Shown here: piece after piece, positions 36,790 to 49,145 of the stretch
Position numbering within the stretch: the stretch's first letter is position 1
Layout: each line of letters opens with the position of its first letter
Assembly: GCA_963774955.1 (NCBI GenBank)
Contig: CAVZGV010000004.1
Coordinates: forward strand, 296,716-360,715
DNA length: 64,000 nt
Direction: 5' to 3'
From: Candidatus Falkowbacteria bacterium
GTDB lineage: Bacteria > Patescibacteriota > Patescibacteriia > CAIXNZ01
Program-made: the position numbers and the translations under genes
Notes under the pieces: generated by a model
Told to the model about the DNA's origin: nothing
Databases searched by the model: none
What the model saw: the letters and a program-made list of their open reading frames with translations, nothing else

Positions 36790-38605
36790 CCAATTACAAT
36801 TAATCAAATATGACGGGGCGTGGTCGAACCCTGTTTGGGACTCTGGCAAAACAAGTTTTACAAGTTCAGTTTTAGAAGGCGATAGGACGGAGGATATTGC
36901 GTATGACGGCGATGCATTGCCTTTGGACGGCATGAGGTACAATTGGAGGATTAAGCTGTGGGACGAATCTGATAATGAGGGCGAGTGGACCAATGGCGAA
37001 GATTTTTTCATCATGCAGGGCAAGAGAATTCAGGATTTGAGTTATACTTACGATGACGTAGGGAATATAATGCGAATAGATGACCAATCGGAGACAAATA
37101 CCAGGAAAACCGCTGAATACGAATATGACGAATTATATCGCTTAACCAGCGCCACAATTACCGATTCCGCCACTGAAGAAGATTACACGCAGACTTATAC
37201 GTATGACAGCTTGGGCAACTTTACTAATCGTTCCGATGTCGGTGATTATGAGTATGAGGGCAATCAGGGAACCAACTATGCCAATCCGCATGCGGTTACC
37301 AGCGTACAGAATGATGCAGTGGTCATAAACTATGACCATAATGGCAATCTGTTGTCAGAAATTATTTCTGGGTATAACTGGACAATATTTGAAGCCGGGT
37401 GGGATTATAATAACCGGATGATAACAAGCGGAGGTTGGTCAGCAGAAACCTTGTACCGCTATGATCACAGCGGGCAGAGGATTCTAAAGGATACCGGCGA
37501 TGAATATAGCGGCATTACGTCCATTTATGCTAATCAGTACTACAACGAGCGGACAAATAAGGAAACATCGGAATTGACCAAGACATTGAATGTGTATGAC
37601 AACAAAGGTAATTTAGTCGCCACCGCAGAAGAAGCCGGTGAGACAAATAATCTTTACTATGTGAATGGTGATCATTTGGGAAGTTCCAGCGTGATGACGA
37701 CTGACGAGGGTGAGCAAGAGCAGGTGGTTGATTATTTCCCGTTTGGGAATATGCGGTTTAATGAGCAGAGGATACAAAATGAAAGCTATGATCAGAAGGA
37801 AAAATTTTCCGGAAAAATTTTCGATCAGGATGCCGCGGGGTTAAGTTACTTTGGGGCGAGATACTATTCGGGGGAGGCCGGGAAGTTCATTAGTCAGGAC
37901 CCTGTATTTTTAGCAGTTGGGGATGGTGAAGGTTATAAGAAATTGACTAATTTTAAATTTGAACTTTATCTTTCCAATCCCCAATTACAAAATTCCTATG
38001 CGTATGCAGCTGATAATCCTTTAAAATTTATTGATACAAAAGGCAATATTGCTGAAACAGTCTGGGATGCCGGATGTGTAGCATTTGACATTGGTAGCTA
38101 CTTCCATAATGAGTTGAAAGCTGTTGGTGCTTTATTCCGAGGCGATCTTAGTGGCGCGGTCAATCATACAAACGAAGCAATGGGCTTTCTGTTAAATCTC
38201 GGAGTAGATACTGGGTCTGCTATGATCCCTTTTGTTCCCGCTGGGTTATCGCATGTTGATGATGCGGCTAAAGCGACATCATTAGTTAGACAGAACTGGG
38301 CTAAGGGTATGCAGTTTGAGAATAAAGTCTTGAATTTATTGGGAGAATCTAAAAACACTCAAAAGATTTCTACTCAATTTGGTAATGTGATACCTGATAT
38401 TTATAATAAGGCAGGAAATATTATTGGTGAGATAAAAAATACTGCGTATGCATCCCTAACAAATCAATTTAAGGGTATTTTAGAAATGGTAGAAAAAGGG
38501 AAATCCCAATTTACATTATATGTAAATCAAAATACTAAAATTTCTGGGCCGTTACAAAAAGCGATAGATACCATTAAAGGAACAGTACAAAGAATAACTC
38601 ATTGA
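36790..38605 (+). CDS. orphan RHS-core cassette with alternative C-terminal toxin (PD-(D/E)xK nuclease-like); longest ATG-ORF is 36917..38605
   Basis: About 90% identical to the giant gene's 3' region from the junction caattaatcaaatatgacgggg onward. The tail diverges after NPLKFIDTKGN, with IPDIY...GEIK suggesting a REase fold. Confidence 0.65.
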
Positions 38606-38632
38606 ACTTTAAAAATTTGATATTTTAAATAT

Positions 38633-39592
38633 ATGAAATTTATTGTGTTAAATATATATACCTTAATTGATATTAGAAAGGAGGAAATCGCTAAAAAGTT
38701 TTACAAATTAATTGTTAAATATGGTTATACGCCTGACAAAATTGGCATTGTTGAACCTTTGAAGAAGACATTTAATGTAAGTAATTTGGCTGATACTATA
38801 AATATGTGGATGCATACAGATTCTGAAAAATATCATACCTTTAGTGGTACTGTTATACTATTAAAGAAAAAACCTCGGATTTTATTCATGGCTCATTGGA
38901 TTAAGGGAAAGAATGCGGAATTCAATTGGGTATCAATAGATATTTCTGAAAGATTTTTAGCTAATGGCACGGAACTGAATAAATTTATTAAATTTATTAA
39001 TGAAATGTATAAATTATTCAATCCAATATTAATATATAGTAGCCATGATGATGTTAAAGAACAACAAATTAGAATAGTTACTGTTGATGAACGTGGTTGG
39101 GAGAGCTCAAGAATAACAGGTACGATAATTGAATGTATCCCTGGTATTTTCTGGTTGAATTATTTCGGGCCAGTTTTTGTGGATTTTGTAGGCCGCGATA
39201 AATTTAAAAATGCACCTTGCTATAAAAAGGAAGAAATGCCCGATGGGGGATATATGCTAATGACGGCAGAGGATCCATTTAATCCAAATGACCAAATGAA
39301 AAGAAAAGCGGAACAGGATTTAAAGGAATATTTTGGGTTAGAGTATTTTGGCAACCCAAAACAGCCTGGCAAAAAATGCAAAATGCCCGATTTTGACTTT
39401 AGTGATCTTAGAGGCGATTATAAAGAATTAACTCCTGAAGAAGAAAAGAACCAAATTTTAGAGCATTTTAAGAAAACAGGGCTTGAATTGGTTGAAGAGG
39501 AAGGCGATGGCACTTTAGTCTTTAGGAGTAAAAGAGGCAAACACGATATCGTAAAATTTAAAAAAGGAAGTATTGATTATTTTAAAAAGTAA
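38633..39592 (+). CDS. hypothetical protein, putative immunity protein for the preceding orphan toxin
   Basis: Position immediately 3' of the toxin module. 319 aa, no recognisable domain. Confidence 0.4.
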   Translation: MKFIVLNIYTLIDIRKEEIAKKFYKLIVKYGYTPDKIGIVEPLKKTFNVSNLADTINMWMHTDSEKYHTFSGTVILLKKKPRILFMAHWIKGKNAEFNWVSIDISERFLANGTELNKFIKFINEMYKLFNPILIYSSHDDVKEQQIRIVTVDERGWESSRITGTIIECIPGIFWLNYFGPVFVDFVGRDKFKNAPCYKKEEMPDGGYMLMTAEDPFNPNDQMKRKAEQDLKEYFGLEYFGNPKQPGKKCKMPDFDFSDLRGDYKELTPEEEKNQILEHFKKTGLELVEEEGDGTLVFRSKRGKHDIVKFKKGSIDYFKK

Positions 39593-39598
39593 CAAAAT

Positions 39599-42500
39599 AT
39601 GTCTAAACTCAAAATTTGGTTGGGTACCATTTTATTTGCCATAAGTAGCATCCCGAATATTTCTTTGGCAAATATTTCTGATGGGCAAATCAATCTTGAT
39701 AAAACTGATTTTTTTGAAATCGGGTATGTTTTTGCTGGAAACGAGCCAATAGCATTAGTTCTATCAGAGAAGAAGGATGCGGAATTTAAACAACTAATAG
39801 TCCTTCCAGAACAAAAGGTTCAGCACGACTTTCTCGGACGTCCTGTTGATTACCAGAATTACCCCCAGGACAAAACAGTGTATCTGAAAGCTGATCCTAA
39901 TGTTAAGCCCCAAGCCTTGCCCAAAGAGGCGATTGAGTCGTTTGATAAGGCGAGCGAGAAATGGAACCAAAAGCCGGAGTTAAAGACATTGTTGCCCCAG
40001 GAGGCTGTTGATTATATGTCCAAGCAGGAAACAGCCAAGGGTATGAATATGCTGCTTTCAGGTACTCCGCCTAATCCGTCCACTAATTTGAATTCCAATG
40101 ATTTATGGCTGAGTCAAAATTTAATCACCAATCCGGGCTTTGAAGACGGGTTTAATAACTGGAGCTGGCAGAATAAACAGGGGGACACGCACCAGGAAGA
40201 CTGCACGGTTTCATACAGTGGCAGTTGTTCGGAAAAGGTTTCAGTTGCCTCAGCCGGTAATTTCTGGGAAACCCAGGTCTTTCAGGTTTTAAGATTAGAT
40301 CAGAATACGGATTATAAACTGCGCTTTAAGCTTAAGGCGTCAACAAGCGCAAGTTTTTCACTGGAAGCGGTGCAAAACCACACGCCGTTTAATAACTTGG
40401 GCTTATGGAAATACCAGCTGACCGCAAGTACTGACTGGCAGGAATACGAATTTTATTTTAGCGGACTGGCAACTGATCAGGATGCCAGACTGACCTTTTA
40501 TTTGGGTGAAAGCGCCGCTGATTATTGGTTTGACGACATAGAATTGATTCCTGACAATTTTAACCGCCTGAAAAACCCGAGTTTTGAAAATGGTACTACG
40601 AGCTGGGATTTTTACATCTACTCTCAGGGACAGGGCACTTTAAGCACCGATACAGGCGCCATGCCTGACGGCAATACAGCCGCCAAAATAGACTTTACCG
40701 GGGCAGGAGAAAACTGGGAAGTCAATCTGGCCCAGGGAATAGGGGCAGTAAGTTCGGCTAAGACTTATGCGGTTACCTTTTACGCCCGTTCTTTTTATCA
40801 GAACCGGCTGGCTTATGTGGCTCTGGCGCAGAATTATAGTCCCTGGTCAGATTTGACTGATGAGGTAGAATTTACAGCTACGCCTGACTGGCAAAAGTAT
40901 GAAATAGATTTTACTCCAAGTTCTTCGGATTCCAATGCCCGGGTAATTTTCCTGCTGGGTACTGACACGATCAGCATTGAGTTTGACGACATTCATGTCT
41001 TTGAAAAACAGGTGACCAGGTTTGACACTGAACCCACTTTTAGCGCGATTTACGATGATCCGGATTCAGGGGATTATGCAGAATATTACCAAGTTCAAAT
41101 AATAAAGTATGACGGGGCCTGGTCGAACCCCGTCTGGGACTCTGGCAAAACAAGTTTTACAAGTTCAGTTTTAGAAGGCGATAGGACGGAGGATATTGCG
41201 TATGACGGCGATGCCTTGCCTTTGGACGGTATGAAGTACAACTGGAGGATAAAGTTATGGGACGAATCTAATAATGAAGGCGCCTGGACTAATGGCGAAG
41301 ATTTTTTCATCATGAATGGCAAGAGGATTCAGGACTTGTCTTATTCGTATGACAACGTTGGCAACATTGCCCAGATAATTGATCAATCGGAGACAAATAC
41401 CAGAAAAACCGCTGAATTACGAATATGACGAATTGTATCGCCTAACGTTCGGCTACGATTAGCGGACAGCTGCGACAAATGAGGATTACACTCAGACATA
41501 TACTTATGATTCTTTGGGTAACACTACTAGATCAGGTCTGATGTAGGCGATTACGATTATGAAGGCAATACAGGTTCAAATTACGCCAATCCGCATGCGG
41601 TAACCAGCGTACAGAATGACGCAGTGGTAATAAACTATGACCAAAATGGAAATCTGATCGACGAAGTTTTAAGCCAGTATCAATGGACTATTTTTGAGGC
41701 GGAGTGGGATTATAATAACCGGATGATAACAAGCGGAGGTTGGTCAGCAGAAACCTTGTACCTCTATGATCATAGCGGGCAGAGGATTCTAAAGGATACC
41801 GGCGATGAATATAGCGGCATTACGTCCATTTACGCTAATCAGTACTACAACGAGCGGACAAACAAGGAAACCTCGGAATTGACCAAGACATTGAATGTGT
41901 ATGACAACAAAGGTAATTTAGTTGCCACCGCAGAAGAAGCCGGCGAGACAAATAATCTTTACTATGTGAATGGTGATCATTTGGGAAGTTCCAGCGTGAT
42001 GACGACTGACGAGGGTGAGCAAGAGCAGGTGGTTGATTATTTCCCGTTTGGGAATATGCGGTTTAATGAAAGAAGCGATGCGGAGAATTGGTCCTTTGAC
42101 GAAAAGAAAAAGTTCACGGGGCATGAGTATGACGCGGACGCCGCTGGCCTTACTTATATGGGAGCACGCTATTATAGTGGAGAGGCGGGTAAATTCATAA
42201 GTCAGGATCCATTATTTTGGATTGTTGGTGATAAAGACTATAATGATATGTGGAGAGAAAAATTATTTTCCCCGCAGTCGTTAAATTCATATTCTTACGG
42301 TCTAAATAATCCGATGATATATTTAGATCCAACGGGTTTAGATAGTGATGTATTTTACACAAAACCTTTCTCATCTCAGGCATCAGCTGAACAAAGTAGA
42401 TTATCTTCAGCATATGGAGAACCAGTGTATATGCATGAAGTTTCAACTGTTAATCAATTTACATCTGCCTGGAATGGTATGGGTAAAAATGGTTCAGATA

Positions 42501-42955
42501 TAGATGAGGTTACTATTCTGTCGCATAGTGATGCGAATAATATTTACTTGAATGGAGATAAAGAAAAACTTACCACAACACCAAATATGTTTAATGTAGA
42601 TCCCAAAACCCTAGGAACCTCAATTGATTCATTAAGTAAAAAAGATATCGGTCAGATAAATTTATATACATGCGAAGGGGGTAATATAAGCCACGCCACG
42701 AATTTAGCCAAAGCCTTTGCTACTTCACAGCAAACTACTGTGATGGGTTTTGATGGTAGATTATCTTTTGTTCCATTTTTAGGAAGTCCCATGTTTTCAC
42801 TTCGAGGGCAATTAAAACATTACAATGAATACGGCAGAGCTCCGTTAGGTTGGGTTACTTACAGTAAAAATGGAAGCTATAGTGTCGGAAATGATTCACA
42901 GCGTCCGCCTTATATTTATAAGTGGATAGGTTATTTTGCTGGTTTTAATAATTAA
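39599..42955 (+). pseudogene. second secreted RHS-like toxin gene (signal peptide + CBM-like modules + RHS core + distinct C-terminal toxin), disrupted by indels around 41400-41620
   Basis: ORFs 39599..41428 and 41624..42955 are colinear with giant protein residues about 1530-2400. Region 41400-41620 has scrambled/indel versions of sequence that is intact at 46908-46990. Canonical NPMIYLDPTGL precedes the toxin tip. Confidence 0.6.
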
Positions 42956-42967
42956 TTAGATATATAT

Positions 42968-43522
42968 ATGGATAATTTAGTCATAAATTTTATATTTTTA
43001 TCAGTGCCTTTATTTGTTTCTGTTTTTATTGTCCTACTAATCTTTACTTTAAGGACATTGAGACAGAAACGAAACATTTATCAAGGTAATATGAAAATGA
43101 AAATTGGGTTGCTTGTTATTATTATAATAATACTAGTTATCCCTTTCCTATATAGTTATTTTGACGGTTTATCGTTAAGGCTGGAATATCTAGGCATGAA
43201 TAAACTAGGTACGGAAAGTCCTAATATGAATTATGGTGATTGGGGTTTTATAAGATCCGAAGAAGAACAAAAAAATATAGAAAATAAATTAGATATTAAT
43301 TTGACCTACGATATAAATTACTCGAAGGAAATGGAACTTGTAAGTTACGGTAGAAAAATTTATAAAATAAATTATAGTTTGTTCTCCAGGTGGTTCAATA
43401 ATAATTTGCCGGTTACAATATTTGCCGACAATAAGAACGAATCGGATAGTATTTTTATTTATAAGGTTGATGATAACTTCTCACCTAGTGAACAGGGCAG
43501 TAGTTATCGAATTAACAGATAG
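42968..43522 (+). CDS. hypothetical membrane-anchored protein (immunity candidate)
   Basis: N-terminal TM segments; AT-rich; located after the toxin tip. Confidence 0.35.
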   Translation: MDNLVINFIFLSVPLFVSVFIVLLIFTLRTLRQKRNIYQGNMKMKIGLLVIIIIILVIPFLYSYFDGLSLRLEYLGMNKLGTESPNMNYGDWGFIRSEEEQKNIENKLDINLTYDINYSKEMELVSYGRKIYKINYSLFSRWFNNNLPVTIFADNKNESDSIFIYKVDDNFSPSEQGSSYRINR

Positions 43523-43569
43523 AGCTTTATTACTCGGTTGTATCAAATAATAATTGTATATATAAAATT

Positions 43570-43920
43570 ATGTTCGACAAAACAAAACAATTCTTCGTTA
43601 ATTTAAAAAGGCCTTATCGTTATTTAGTCTTTATTTTGAGTTATTTCCTGTTGAATCTAATATTATTGATTTTGGCAATTTATATTAAGAGCTTATCCTC
43701 ATCTTTATATGAGATTGTATTCATCTTTTACTTTTTCGCATTATTGTTGATTGTTGCAGCTGTTTTGGGATGGGGATATGTTTTAATGTCGTTATCCAAG
43801 GAAATAAAAGATATGACATTCTTTGCATTAACTATAATCTTAGCGGTTATTTTTTTCATAATTTGGCCTATGATTTTATATTACTTATCGGTTTATGGCT
43901 GGGATGTGTTAAGTGGATAG
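43570..43920 (+). CDS. small multi-TM membrane protein (immunity candidate)
   Basis: Roughly four predicted TM helices in 116 aa. Confidence 0.4.
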   Translation: MFDKTKQFFVNLKRPYRYLVFILSYFLLNLILLILAIYIKSLSSSLYEIVFIFYFFALLLIVAAVLGWGYVLMSLSKEIKDMTFFALTIILAVIFFIIWPMILYYLSVYGWDVLSG

Positions 43921-43953
43921 AAATATTTTAAGAATAATTAATAAAAAAATGAG

Positions 43954-44352
43954 ATGAGGTTTTTTATGTCCGGAGAAGTAAGTGGCGAAGCTCACGAAAA
44001 ATTCAGAGTATTAATGCTCGAAATTGAAAAACAAATTAAAAGTTTGATGAATATTAATGATTATGGGGATGCAGTTTCTGAGATTGCCATAATACCTACT
44101 ATATTTTCCGCTGAATTTTTAACAGCTTTGCCCTATAAAGAACGCAAGCGATTTTCACCTAAAACGAAAGTAGGTGAGTTTAGATTAAGGATAGATTACG
44201 ATAAATTTGTTAAGGCAAACGAAGATAGTAAACGTAGATTAATAGTGCAAAATATTATTGATTCAATCAGGATTCTAAAAACAAAAGTTAAAAAAGGATT
44301 TGATGGCGACAAATTGGAAAAAGATATTAGAGAATTATTCAAAATAGAATAG
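43954..44352 (+). CDS. hypothetical protein (immunity candidate)
   Basis: 132 aa, SD-like GAGATGAGG upstream. No domain recognised. Confidence 0.4.
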   Translation: MRFFMSGEVSGEAHEKFRVLMLEIEKQIKSLMNINDYGDAVSEIAIIPTIFSAEFLTALPYKERKRFSPKTKVGEFRLRIDYDKFVKANEDSKRRLIVQNIIDSIRILKTKVKKGFDGDKLEKDIRELFKIE

Positions 44353-44394
44353 ACGGATAATTCGGTTCTTTTAAAATTAAATAAATTAATTAAT

Positions 44395-46220
44395 ATTACC
44401 AAGTTCAAATAATAAAGTATGACGGGGCGTGGTCGAACCCTGTTTGGGACTCTGGCAAAACAAGTTTTACAAGTTCAGTTTTAGAAGGCGATAGGACGGA
44501 GGATATTGCGTATGACGGCGATGCCTTGCCTTTGGACGGTATGAAGTACAACTGGAGGATAAAGTTATGGGACGAATCTAATAATGAAGGCGCCTGGACT
44601 AATGGCGAAGATTTTTTCATCATGAATGGCAAGAGGATTCAGGACTTGTCTTATTCGTATGACAACGTTGGCAACATTGCCCAGATAATTGATCAATCGG
44701 AGACAAATACCAGAAAAACAGCCGAATACGAATATGACGAATTATATCGCCTAATTTCAGCGACAATTACGGATTCCGCCACAGAAGAGGATTACACCCA
44801 GACCTATACTTATGATTCTTTGGGTAACACTACTTATCGTTCTGATGTAGGCGATTATGATTATGAGGGCAATACAGGTTCAAATTACGCCAATCCGCAT
44901 GCGGTAACTAGCGTACAGAATGACGCAGTGGTAATAAACTATGACCAAAATGGAAATCTGACCGACGAAGTTTTAAGCCAGTATCAATGGACTATTTTTG
45001 AGGCGGGGTGGGATTATAATAACCGAATGGCGACATCAGGAGGTTGGTCGGATTCTGCTGTTTATAAATATGACCATAGCGGACAACGAATATGGCAGGA
45101 GACCGGAGGCCAGTATTATGGCGTAAAAACAATTTACCCGAATAAATACTATAATGAAAGGACGGATAAGTTTCTGGCTGAGACTGTTGACACCTTGCAA
45201 ATATATGATAATAAAGGGCAGTTAATAGCTACCGGGGAGGAAAACGGAGAAACTTCAAATATTTACTTTGTCCATAATGATCATCTAGGTTCTTCCAGTG
45301 TAATGACAAAAAGTGACGGGAATGTTGAGCAGGTAATCGATTACTACCCGTTTGGTGATATCAGATTCAACGAAAGAAGTGATCCTGATAATAATTCCTT
45401 TGACGAGCGCGTCAAGCATTCTAACCATTTGTACGATGACAATACGTCATTAACATACATGGGGGCTAGGTATTACACAGGAGCCGGGGGAAAATTTGCG
45501 AGTCAAGATGAGGCATATTTAGCTGTTGGTAGTAGTCAATTAAGGGATCTAACTAATAGAAGTTTAAGCGAATATTTAGGCGATCCTCAGAATTTAAATT
45601 CTTATACTTACGCACGAAACAATCCTATAATAAATATTGACCCCACTGGCAATTTTTGGTGGTATGGATTTTATAATTGGAGCGGATATAATGGTTTCAG
45701 TGGTTTCATGATGAAGGCGGGGGAAGTTTTAGGCGGTCATAATCGAGCGATGAATGTAATTCAGCAGAATCAAACTATAATAAATGAAACAAGCGATAAA
45801 TATGGGGTTAATCCCAATTTAACCAACGCAATTATTTATGAAGAGCAGTCTCATCTAACTCCAGATGAAGTTGTGGGAAGAGAGCAACTATTGCCTGATG
45901 TAGGGAGTGGTGGCGTGGGTGTAATGCAAGTAAGTGCAAAAGTCGGTGAAGAATTTGGGTATAGTAAAAGTGATTTAGCTCGCGATCCGGTTAAGAATAT
46001 AAATGCGGGAATTCAGAATTTATCTAAAGAGCAGAATGTATCTAATTCAGCAGCAGTTACAGCAAGTAAATATAATAATAGCCAAGCTACTAATATTACA
46101 AATTATGGATTAAGAGTAGAAGCTCAATTAAACAATCCCAGTTATAACCGCAATATTATAACTGATGTTAAGAATTCGGTTTCAGCGATTAAATCACTGT
46201 ATAATTTAATAAGTAAATAA
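44395..46220 (+). CDS. orphan RHS-core cassette with lytic transglycosylase (SLT)-like C-terminal toxin; longest ATG-ORF is 44526..46220
   Basis: Homology to the giant gene starts at ccaagttcaaataataaagtatgacgggg. The tail after NPIINIDPTGN contains IYEEQSHL...GSGGVGVMQVS, an SLT-like catalytic-Glu context. Confidence 0.6.
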
Positions 46221-46221
46221 T

Positions 46222-46563
46222 ATGACTAATAAAAATTCGAAGTTATTTATTATTACAATAGTTACGTTAATTCTTTGGATATTGCCTTTCGTTATTTATT
46301 TCTTTGAGAAAAGTATGGGCTTTTTATCTGATCAGAAAAGTTGGTATGAATTAGGAATAAATCATGGGCCTTGGAGAGGGAGGATAGAAAGTATAATTTT
46401 ATTTTATCCACTTATAGTAGTGGCAATTACTACTCTAATTCTTGCCACACTTCAGATAGTAAGGAAAAATTTTAAGATTTTTGTTTTACTCTTCCTTTTG
46501 TTTATTGTTCAGCTATTATTAATTTTTATCCAAGTATACTTTTTAATTTGGATGATTGATTAA
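46222..46563 (+). CDS. small 3-TM membrane protein (immunity candidate for the SLT-like toxin)
   Basis: ATG overlaps the toxin stop (TAATATG). Confidence 0.4.
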   Translation: MTNKNSKLFIITIVTLILWILPFVIYFFEKSMGFLSDQKSWYELGINHGPWRGRIESIILFYPLIVVAITTLILATLQIVRKNFKIFVLLFLLFIVQLLLIFIQVYFLIWMID

Positions 46564-46569
46564 ATTAAG

Positions 46570-47655
46570 ATGTTTATAAATACCAAATATTACCAAGTTC
46601 AAATAATAAAGTATGACGGGGCCTGGTCGAACCCCGTCTGGGACTCTGGCAAAACAAGTTTTACAAGTTCAGTTTTAGAAGGCGATAGGACGGAGGATAT
46701 TGCGTATGACGGCGATGCCTTGCCTTTGGACGGTATGAAGTACAACTGGAGGATAAAGTTATGGGACGAATCTAATAATGAAGGCGCCTGGACTAATGGC
46801 GAAGATTTTTTCATCATGAATGGCAAGAGGATTCAGGACTTGTCTTATTCGTATGACAACGTTGGCAACATTGCCCAGATAATTGATCAATCGGAGACAA
46901 ATACCAGAAAAACCGCTGAATACGAATATGACGAATTATATCGCCTAACGTCCGCCACGATTACGGACAGCGCCACTGAAGAGGATTACACCCAGACATA
47001 TACTTATGATTCATTGGGCAACACTACTTATCGTTCTGATGTAGGCGATTATGATTACGAGGGCAATACAGGTTCAAATTATGCCAATCCGCATGCGGTT
47101 ACCAGCGTACAGAATGACGCAGTGGTCATAAATTATGACCAAAATGGAAATCTGACCGACGAAGTTTTAAGCCAGTATCAATGGACTATTTTTGAGGCGG
47201 GGTGGGATTATAATAATAGGATGATAACAAGCGGAGGCTGGTCTGCAGATACCGTGTACAGCTATGATTACAGCGGGCAGAGAGTCTTTATGGAAACCGG
47301 TGATGAGTATTCGGGCAAGGTCAATATTTATGCTAATAAGTACTATAGTGAAACAACTGACAAGGAAGCATCGGAACTTACCAAGACTCTGTACGTCTAT
47401 GATAATAAAGGCAATTTAGCGGCCACCGGGGAAGAAAAAGGAGAAACCAGCAATCTTTACTTTGTCAGTGGAGATCATTTAAGTTCGTCCAGTGTCATGA
47501 CAACGGATCAAGGCGAAATAGAGGAAGTGATTGATTATTATCCTTACGGCAATTTGAGGTTTAATGAAAGAAGCGATGCGGAGAATGGGTCCTTTGATGA
47601 AAAGAAAAAGTTTTTGGAAAGATTAATTATTCTTAATATATTAATTAATAATTAA
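46570..47655 (+). pseudogene. truncated orphan RHS-core cassette (no toxin tip)
   Basis: Colinear with the other cassettes but ends ...NERSDAENGSFDEKKKF then junk. Confidence 0.55.
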
Positions 47656-47667
47656 CTTTTCAAAAAT

Positions 47668-48285
47668 ATGAAATTTTATTACATTTTTGAGCAAGAAGAA
47701 GATTTGAAATATGTTCCTTTAGTGAGTAATAAATATACAGTTTACGGGTTGAAAGATTATGAACTTGAGGAAGGCAAATTTATTAAGAGATGGGATAACC
47801 GAAATGTGTTGTATTATGACAAAGAAGGTATTTGCGAGGATTTTTTATCAAACACGCTATTTGCTCCGGTTATTTCCCAAAGAATTAAAGATATTCTTGA
47901 AAAAGAGCTAGGGATAAAAGGTATTCAATTTTTTCCTATATCTATTAAGCACACCAAGAGTGATAAGGTTGTGTATGGTTATTATGTTATGAACGTTACA
48001 AATTTAGTTAGAGATGCCCTTGATAGGGAAAAATCTATATTTAGTGTTACGGAGTTACCAAAACTGAATATCAGATCAGAAACTGTGATGTTTTATACGT
48101 TAGATGTAGATAGGTTAAGGGGACAAGACGTTTTTCGTGTGGGAGATGGTAGATTATTTGTATCTGAAAGAGTAAAGGATGCATTTGATAAATCTGGTGT
48201 GACGGGCATAGCTTATGGAGGGACTTGGCTATCCGGTGATAAAAATAGACCTTGGGAGAAAAAGAAGTTAAAATATAACTTATGA
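47668..48285 (+). CDS. hypothetical protein (possible orphan immunity gene)
   Basis: 205 aa; no recognisable domain. Confidence 0.35.
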   Translation: MKFYYIFEQEEDLKYVPLVSNKYTVYGLKDYELEEGKFIKRWDNRNVLYYDKEGICEDFLSNTLFAPVISQRIKDILEKELGIKGIQFFPISIKHTKSDKVVYGYYVMNVTNLVRDALDREKSIFSVTELPKLNIRSETVMFYTLDVDRLRGQDVFRVGDGRLFVSERVKDAFDKSGVTGIAYGGTWLSGDKNRPWEKKKLKYNL

Positions 48286-48289
48286 GATA

Positions 48290-48485
48290 TTGTTTTATAC
48301 AATTAATCAAATATGATGGGACCTGGTCGAACCCCATCTGGGACTCTGGCAAAACAAGTTTTACAAGTTCAGTTTTAGAAGGCAACAGGACTGAAGACAT
48401 TATTAAAAATAGGAAAACCCCCGGCTTTAGCCGGGGAGACTTGAAAAGCTTTGAGCGTTCCTTTGGGGCGCGTATATTTGCTTAA
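48290..48485 (+). pseudogene. remnant of a further RHS cassette junction (about 110 bp of homology) ending in a terminator hairpin
   Basis: caattaatcaaatatgatgggacctggtcgaacccc...gttttagaaggcaacaggactgaagacattatt, then cccccggctttagccgggg. Confidence 0.5.
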
Positions 48486-48537
48486 ATTAAAAAAATCGGC
48501 TATAATATTGATATAATACAAAATTTAACCTAAATAT

Positions 48538-48822
48538 ATGTCTAAAATAAACTTAGAATTTAAATTACCCGTGTCTTTTTTGCGTGAAGGAAATAAGTAC
48601 ATCGCTTATACTCCTGCGCTAGATTTATCTACTTCCGGCAAAACTTATAAAGAAACAAAAAAAAGATTTGAAGAAATTTCGCAGATTTTTTTTGAGGAAC
48701 TAATAAAAGAGGGTACTGTAGATAGCGTTTTGACTGATTTAGGCTGGAAAAGGGTTCGGTCCAGATGGAATCCGCCGGTTTTAATTTCCCAAGAATCCCA
48801 GCTAATTAAAATGGCTGCCTAG
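48538..48822 (+). CDS. hicB: HicB-like antitoxin (UPF0150/DUF1902-like)
   Basis: KYIAYTPALDLSTSGKTYKETKKRFEE pattern; adjacent to HicA. Confidence 0.5.
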   Translation: MSKINLEFKLPVSFLREGNKYIAYTPALDLSTSGKTYKETKKRFEEISQIFFEELIKEGTVDSVLTDLGWKRVRSRWNPPVLISQESQLIKMAA

Positions 48823-48827
48823 TTTAT

Positions 48828-49058
48828 ATGCCTCATTTAACTCCTATCGCCTGGAAGAAATTTGAAAAATTTTTATTATTTGTAGGCTGTAATTTTACAA
48901 GGGAAAAGGGCGACCATCGGGTATATTGGCGCGAAGGACTGAAAAGACCTGTAGTTATTCCGCGAAGCGGGGATTTACCAATTTTTATCATAAGAAATAA
49001 TTTAAGAGTATTGGGAATTAGTCCAGATGAATACATTGAAATATTGAAACAGGTATAA
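48828..49058 (+). CDS. hicA: HicA-like mRNA interferase toxin (YcfA family)
   Basis: REKGDHRVYWREGLKRPVVIPRSGDLPIFIIRNNLRVLGISPDEY matches the GSH...P.h PF07927 pattern. Confidence 0.6.
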   Translation: MPHLTPIAWKKFEKFLLFVGCNFTREKGDHRVYWREGLKRPVVIPRSGDLPIFIIRNNLRVLGISPDEYIEILKQV

Positions 49059-49145
49059 GAAAAACCGCTCATGATATGGGGCGGTTTTTTTGTTCGAAAT
49101 ATAGTATAATTTCTTCAGGCTTGATGAGCGAAAGGAAATTATATC

